Assembly (NCBI GenBank): GCA_964016885.1
Contig: OZ024740.1
Coordinates: forward strand, 263,562,001-263,626,000
DNA: 64,000 nt
Source: Eledone cirrhosa
Taxonomy: Eukaryota
Direction of reading: 5' to 3'
The translations under genes were made by a program, and so were the position numbers. The notes under the pieces were generated by a model. The model searched no databases and was not told where the DNA came from. It worked only from the letters and a program-made list of their open reading frames with translations. Positions 57,749-64,000 of the stretch are shown here, in pieces (the first letter of the stretch is position 1; each line of letters opens with the position of its first letter).

Positions 57749-57759
57749 ATATATATATA

Positions 57760-58535
57760 TAGTGGTAGAACACTGCAAGGTAATATCCGTAGTGGTAGAG
57801 CACTCAGTCCATGGGACGAGTTAGGTAGAAGTGGTTACACAACAGTTAGTTCACCATACCGAGAACAATTGTTTCACCTTAGAGGATCCTCAGCTCGTAA
57901 TGGACATGGTTATACGGATCAGGAAGGATAACCGTACGAACGCGCATGCGCAGAAACGATCACTTCACACAGGCAATACTAAATTGCGTGCAAGAGGTGT
58001 AAGAGAGATAACTACGAAAGTCCGAAAATTTCTAGTTGATAAGAAAATTAGGATGTTGTTGTAATTCAATCCGGAGCTTTGTAGTTAGGTAAGAGGTGTT
58101 TCCAGAGGTGTGGACAACGTGTGAAGAATTCATTTCTCGGTTTAAGCAATCACTATTGTGTAATCTAGAACATTTATTCGTTCTCAATACACAGTCCACA
58201 CGACGGATTTCCTCTTGTGTATGTCTTGGACTTAGTGATGGCTTTCCATTGAATGGAGTAGTCTATACTTGAGTCCCTGGGGGACCATACGTGGCTCGCG
58301 AGTTTCGTGGATGAACGTCTGTCCGGGTACCTAAAGGTCGACTGGTGGTTCAGGAAGCGTTCCTTAAATCGGCTCTCCACCATACCCACATAGGATTGGA
58401 CCTTCTGGGGTTGATTTGGTCGGTTGGAAGTGACCACAGCTTCATAAACTACAGCGGGCGTGTTGCATTGCTGTTGAAGGGGACACACTTCGGGCTTACG
58501 GTAAGAGCACCCTGGTGGGGGTGTTGCCACTTCTA
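57760..58535 (-). mobile_element. PLE GIY-YIG remnant plus 3' UTR between TA tracts
   Basis: CPLQQQC..VVYEA..YVGM..FKERFLNHQSTF..LASHVW..IQW..CGLC..E. Confidence 0.88.
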
Positions 58536-58839
58536 TATATATATGTTATAATGATAATAATAAAAATAATATTGAAACGAAATCTTCGCATAGGAACGAA
58601 TTGTCTTCGATATATATATATAAAATGAATAAAAAGTATGGATGAAGACCGGAAAATGAACGAATACAGACAGTCCCATCTCATCAGTCGTCAGATGTAT
58701 GGGTGTGTGTGTGTGTGTGCATGCCTGTTAATGTTTGTGTGTGCGCCCACGCTTGTTTAATGCAAATGTCTTGCCATGATGCTTGTAGGAGTCACCCAAG
58801 TGCAAGATTTGGTGTTAGGATGAGTAATGGATTATGTAC

Positions 58840-59302
58840 TGATAGATGGACGGATGGATGGACATATGGATGGATGGATGGACGAGTGTATGGATGGAGG
58901 AATGAACAGATGTATGGATGGATGGACGGATGTATGGACGGATGGATGGACGGATGTATTGATGGATGGATGGATGGACGGATGCATGGACAGATAGCTG
59001 GACGGATGGATGGATGGATGTATGGAGAGATAGATGGATGGATGGATGGATGGATGGATGGACAGATGGCTGTATGTATAGATGGATGGACGGACGGATG
59101 TATGGACAAATGGATGGATAGATGGATGGATGGATGTATGGGTAGATGGATGGACAGATGGCTGTATGGATAGATGGATGGACGGACGGATGTATGGACA
59201 AATGGATGGATAGATGGATGGATGGATGTATGTATGGATGGATTTATGGGTAGATGGATGGACAGATGGAGGGATAGATGGATGTATAGATGACTGGATG
59301 GA
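58840..59302. repeat. (GGAT)n microsatellite
   Basis: Direct reading. Confidence 0.95.
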
Positions 59303-59687
59303 TCACCGACAGATGAATGCTGACCAGCGATTTAGTGGTTAAAGTGCTGTTCGATTTCTGTTCGCGAGTTTTATCCTTAAGCAAGACAATTAATGATAGG
59401 TTAACCCAGCCCATTCAACGCGTAAAATTGGTTGTGGCTGTGATTCAATGGGCCAAATGTGTCACCCACTGTCTGTGGCACCGTAAGAACTTCGATAAAG
59501 GGCCATGTATCTGAGGAAACTCATCTACTTGCATTTTAACTTGATGAGTTGAAGGTTATGTTATTCGAACTATTAGATTACTCTTTGTCGTAACCAACAT
59601 AGTCTCACCCACCCCACACACATGTATGTATGTATGTATCTATGTATGTATTCATGATGTATATATGTACATATATTGTGTGAATGT

Positions 59688-59960
59688 GAGTGGTTTAGTG
59701 GCTAGGGTATTCGGCTCATGATCGTAAGGCCGTGAGTTTGATTCACACGGTCCGTTGTGTCCTTTGGTAAGACATTTTCTTCCACGTTCCTCCAGTCCAC
59801 TCAGCTGGACAATATGAATTGTACTTGTAGTTCAAAAGGGTAATTCTGTAACGTTCTCTGACACTTCTAATCGTCATGACAACTATGTTAAATGCACATG
59901 TGACTGAGGAATACTCAGCCGCATGCACGATAATTTCATGAGCCGGCTCTTTCCTTCATG
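59688..59960 (+). mobile_element. Second-family tRNA-derived SINE; decayed relatives near 59325 and 60420
   Basis: GTGGTTTAGTGG A-box, GAGTTTGATTC B-box-like, CCAGTCCACTCAGCTG core. Confidence 0.72.
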
Positions 59961-59992
<32 letters not shown>

Positions 59993-60016
59993 TACGTATA
60001 TATATATATATATATG

Positions 60017-60201
60017 ATATAGAAAAGCTTCTACAGGACTAGAACTGTTTCATTCGTTAGAAATAATCAGGAAGCTCCTGGTGATTTCTAACGAATGAAC
60101 AGTTCTAGTCCTATAGAAGCCTTTCTATATTAAACATTTATACTCTGCTATGTATTGGGTACCTTACTTGCTGTGGTTACCCCCGATTGAACCCGGAATA
60201 A

Positions 60202-60204
<3 letters not shown>
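60017..60204. mobile_element. Family B fold-back element with two back-to-back HHRs (60027-60075 minus, 60074-60120 plus)
   Basis: Inverted repeat 60017-60130, homologous to 6466-6523; each arm has core mutations. Confidence 0.85.
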
Positions 60205-60248
<44 letters not shown>

Positions 60249-60859
60249 TTGTAATTGAAAGTCAGCCTTGTCACATAGAGCGATATTAGGCTAAACTTCA
60301 CTGGCAATTTGTTACAAATGTGGCTGCTATTTCTAGCAGGGAGAACAATACCGTAATCTCTTGCTCTTATAATTGTTTTGTTTGTTATCGAATTTTTTGT
60401 GTAAATATAATTTTAATGTGCACGACACGCCTCAATGGTTAAGTAGTCCGGTACACAATTGTGGTGTTCCGGGTTCGGTGTCACAACATTTTTTCTTTTA
60501 ATCTTGCACTCGAGTCAACTAAAGTTTTGTGATTGAATTTTCATTGATAGAAACTCTTTGGGAGCACTTTGGCTGGACAATATTAGGAATCCAATAAGCC
60601 ATCCTTGTTACCCTTTGCCACAATAAACCATACCGATAATTAAATAAAGTGGACACGAATCTGAGAAATATTCAACCACTTACACGCAAACGATTGAAAC
60701 TTTCATCTTGGAAAGCGAAGGTGTTACATTCTAGGCAAGGCATCATGTATTTTACCAGGCATCTGTTTATTTCCATGTAGAATATAGCTTAAATAACTAT
60801 AACTACAACTGTATATATTCGTATATCTTTAGTTTATTATATAATTCTATTACACGTAT

Positions 60860-62300
60860 TAATATATATATATATACAGATATATTTATTTATTTATTCA
60901 ATTGAAGAATGTTGGTTGATTGAAAATCTGGCGACTTTATTTTTAACAGTTTTATTATATCAATAAACAAGAAAGACGGTTTCATTGGTACATCCCTATT
61001 CATTTTGTTATACGTATTTAAAGACATATGGCAGTTGTATAGCAGCTGCTCTGTGTGTTCTCTTTAATATGTAAATATCCATTGATCTGTTACCGGTCAT
61101 ACGAGTTATTACCTTTGCTGACCAGTAAGCATATGTCCGAAAATGTTCAAGTAGCAGTTCTTATATGTGTGGGTGATAGATGTTCCAATTGGCGTTGTTG
61201 CTTGTGAACTATCTAGGGTATCATATTACCAGTTTAGTCGCTTGATTCCTAGTGAGGCATGTATCGACTGTTAGTCTATGTTTTACGTATTTTTTTATAC
61301 TAGATTCTATTCATTTAGATATTAATTCTAATTTTAGATATTTGTACTTTGATGTTGATGTTATAATGTATCTATATATTAAAGAATGTTTAAATAGTTA
61401 TTTGTTGGTCTATTTAATATTATTTAAGTTTTAACTATATACTATACGAAATGTCTTATTAATTTTGTGTAAACAAAAATTAAAAGTTTCAGAGGGTTTA
61501 TTAATAATTTTATGCCTACTATTTATGATGTACAGAGGTCACACCCCCTTGATATAGATCCATTTATATATGGAAAAGCATGTAAGAGTTTTGATCAAGA
61601 AAGTGAGTATTCCACTTATTTATTAATTAACGACCAAATCAGTTCCAACAGGACCGTGCTATATCTTGTATCAGCTCTTTTAAATGAGTGGTGATGGTTG
61701 TACCATCTTTTGTTAACTCTAGTAGAAGTTGCACCAATATATTGATAAGTCTTACTACTCGTTTTTACTTCACATTCATAAACAATATTTTTCTCTGAAC
61801 AGTTATTATTCATTGCGCAACTATTAAGATTTCTGCAATTGCCATTAATTACGTTACTATTCATTGTTCCCTCCCTGTATCTGTGTGTCCGTTGGTTTAT
61901 CTCATTTATGTTAATGGTGTTATCCCTGTTATTCGATTTGCTGTTAAATTTATCAGTGTTTCTGTGCTTGCTATTCCCGTTATGTTTAATTCTCAGATTT
62001 CTATTGTTAATTTTCGCTATATCCCATCGAAGATTTCCCTGTTGGCTGAGAGTCTAGAGATTCTCTGTTCTACACTTTTGACTATGACCTTTTTTAGGCT
62101 GGTTTGAGAAGTAGGAAACATAATTGAAGTTCTCATTTAATTTATGGTATGGGTAGTATAGGCCTGAATTGAGGTTTAGTGTTATGTCGAGAAAGTTGGC
62201 TATTCTATTGTTATTTCCTATTTCTAGATTAAGACCGAATTGTTAAAAAAGTCTATTATTATTTTCTTTTTCTTATTTAGGGCACTATTGTTATTTTTGT
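60860..62300 (-). mobile_element. Decayed 5'-truncated PLE (RT C-terminus, GIY-YIG, 3' UTR)
   Basis: NFLDITLNL..YYPYHK..YV..SN.P; NCRN..C..NIVYECEV..YIGAT..KRWYNH..SF; CDLC. Confidence 0.87.
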
Positions 62301-63275
62301 CCATCGCTGCTTTTGACACCATTTAACTGTTTTAACGCCTGTTCTAGTCGCAGGTTTTTTTTCATTTTTATATGTATTCAAATATACGCTCGCTTCGTCT
62401 CAATCAGAGATAACATTGTTTTTTCATTTAAATTTATCATTGCTGTCATTAGCTTCCTATTTAGGGCAGATACCACAGCATGAGTTCCATTATCCCATTT
62501 TATCTTTTCTATGTTTATTTTCGTTATTCTATCTGTGCTGTTTATTTTATCACACACATTTCATGATAATATAAGTATTTAATTTTCTGTTGTACGATCC
62601 AGCATTTTAAAATGTTACTCTCAATTGAATCATGCGAAACCATTTTGCTGGTTTGGGAGCTGATGAGGGTGAATATGTGTGTGCGTAAACTTGTCTTATA
62701 CATCACCTTTCTTTATTTACTCTTCTGGTCTCTTCTTTTAGTGGGTTTATGTGGTAACTGGAACAACTACAGCACTAAACTTATAACTGCTAGGAATCTC
62801 TAAAAAACAAGTTTGTATTTACAAACATCTGTATATATCTATCTGAGCAACTTAACCGTTTTACAATGACTCGCCTATAACATGTTTACCAAAGAATTTA
62901 ATTTCTACTCCACAATAAATACGCACATGTGTATGCTGTGCTAAGAGTGGTTTCAATACATTTTGAATATATCCAATTGCAATTAGTACTTCTGAACCAA
63001 ATTATAGCTATGAACATCGCACTTCTCAAAAGATATGGTTCCGGTTTTATTAATAAAATAACTTCTATTAATAATGATTCTGAACTTTTAACTATGATCT
63101 TTCAAAATAAGATTCTCTGAACTGTTTTTGGACATGATTTTTTCTTTTTTTAATTTTTGAAACTTTTACAACTTGGTCTTAAAAAGCTCAGTTCTAGAAA
63201 CTTTCGCATTTTGTAAATGTTTACCATAATGATTGTTTTAGTGTAATGCATTGTTATTATTAAGGAAGCCTTTAA

Positions 63276-63378
63276 TAAACTCCGAGGACGCCAGTGCCGA
63301 TTGCAAACTAGGGGTTGAATTCTAAAATTATAACCGAGTGATTGAAACTCTATGCCGGCAGAAACATCTGTTAGTTTA
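63276..63378 (+). ncRNA. Decayed type I hammerhead with enlarged loop II
   Basis: TAAACT CCGAGGA cGCCaGTG [insert] TGCcGGCa GAA ACA tc TGT T AGTTTA. Confidence 0.55.
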
Positions 63379-63564
63379 ATAATGGCTTAAAAGTTTGGTG
63401 TTTCTAAACTTAATGTATAACAGCTCTGCGTGAGCCCCGCTGCTTGGAGATCTAAATAAACCGGTAAATGAGTGTAACATCTCCCGTTAATATTATTATA
63501 ACCATAATATTAATACAACTATAATATATATATATATAGAGAGAGAGAGAGACAGAGAGATATT

Positions 63565-63655
<91 letters not shown>

Positions 63656-63736
63656 TTATACATACATATATATATATACATATATAGAGAGAGAGAGAGA
63701 GATTATACATATATTTATATAGGCTTAAAATAATAA

Positions 63737-63767
<31 letters not shown>

Positions 63768-64000
63768 AAGGCAAGCATGGGGGGGGGGGTTCTTCATCAG
63801 TTGTCTACTGAGGGTCTCGGATATTTCAATGCTTTAAAGACAATATATCTATCTACCCCAGAGCGTTCAAAAACTAGGTAAGTTATTGGGAAAACGGAGG
63901 AGAGAGGGAAGGAAAATAGAAGGGAAAAGGGAAGAAAGGGAAGAAAAGAGAAAAACAGCGAAAAAACAACAACAAACTGAAGAATGTGTGAGCAACTGAA

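Noticed and set aside
58660-58695. Minus-strand CTGATGAG next to the PLE remnant
   Set aside because: No matching GAAA or stems found.
60966-60995. Minus-strand GAAACCGTC in the PLE 3' UTR
   Set aside because: Only a possible 3' half; no core upstream.

Overview
AT-rich, microsatellite-saturated eukaryotic DNA, probably intronic or intergenic. The SINE, Penelope and RTE content suggests a coleoid cephalopod such as Octopus (inference). I found no convincing host protein-coding gene; nearly all listed ORFs are translations of simple repeats. The window holds decayed retroelements (Penelope-like elements [PLEs], RTE, R4/Dong, CRE, CR1, L2-group), a mariner remnant, two non-autonomous Helitrons, a hAT MITE and about 20 copies of one tRNA-derived SINE. 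The main unexplained signal is a dense set of type I hammerhead ribozyme (HHR) motifs that I folded by eye: about 15 complete or near-complete plus several halves, in at least 8 unrelated families. They lie in short PLE pseudo-LTR (pLTR)-like cassettes, usually inside (TA)n tracts and often as fold-back inverted duplications. Unusual variants include a CAGAAGA (U4A) core in four copies, an extra purine after A9, and three HHRs with greatly enlarged stem-loop II. Folds and family assignments were made by eye; none was computed or searched.
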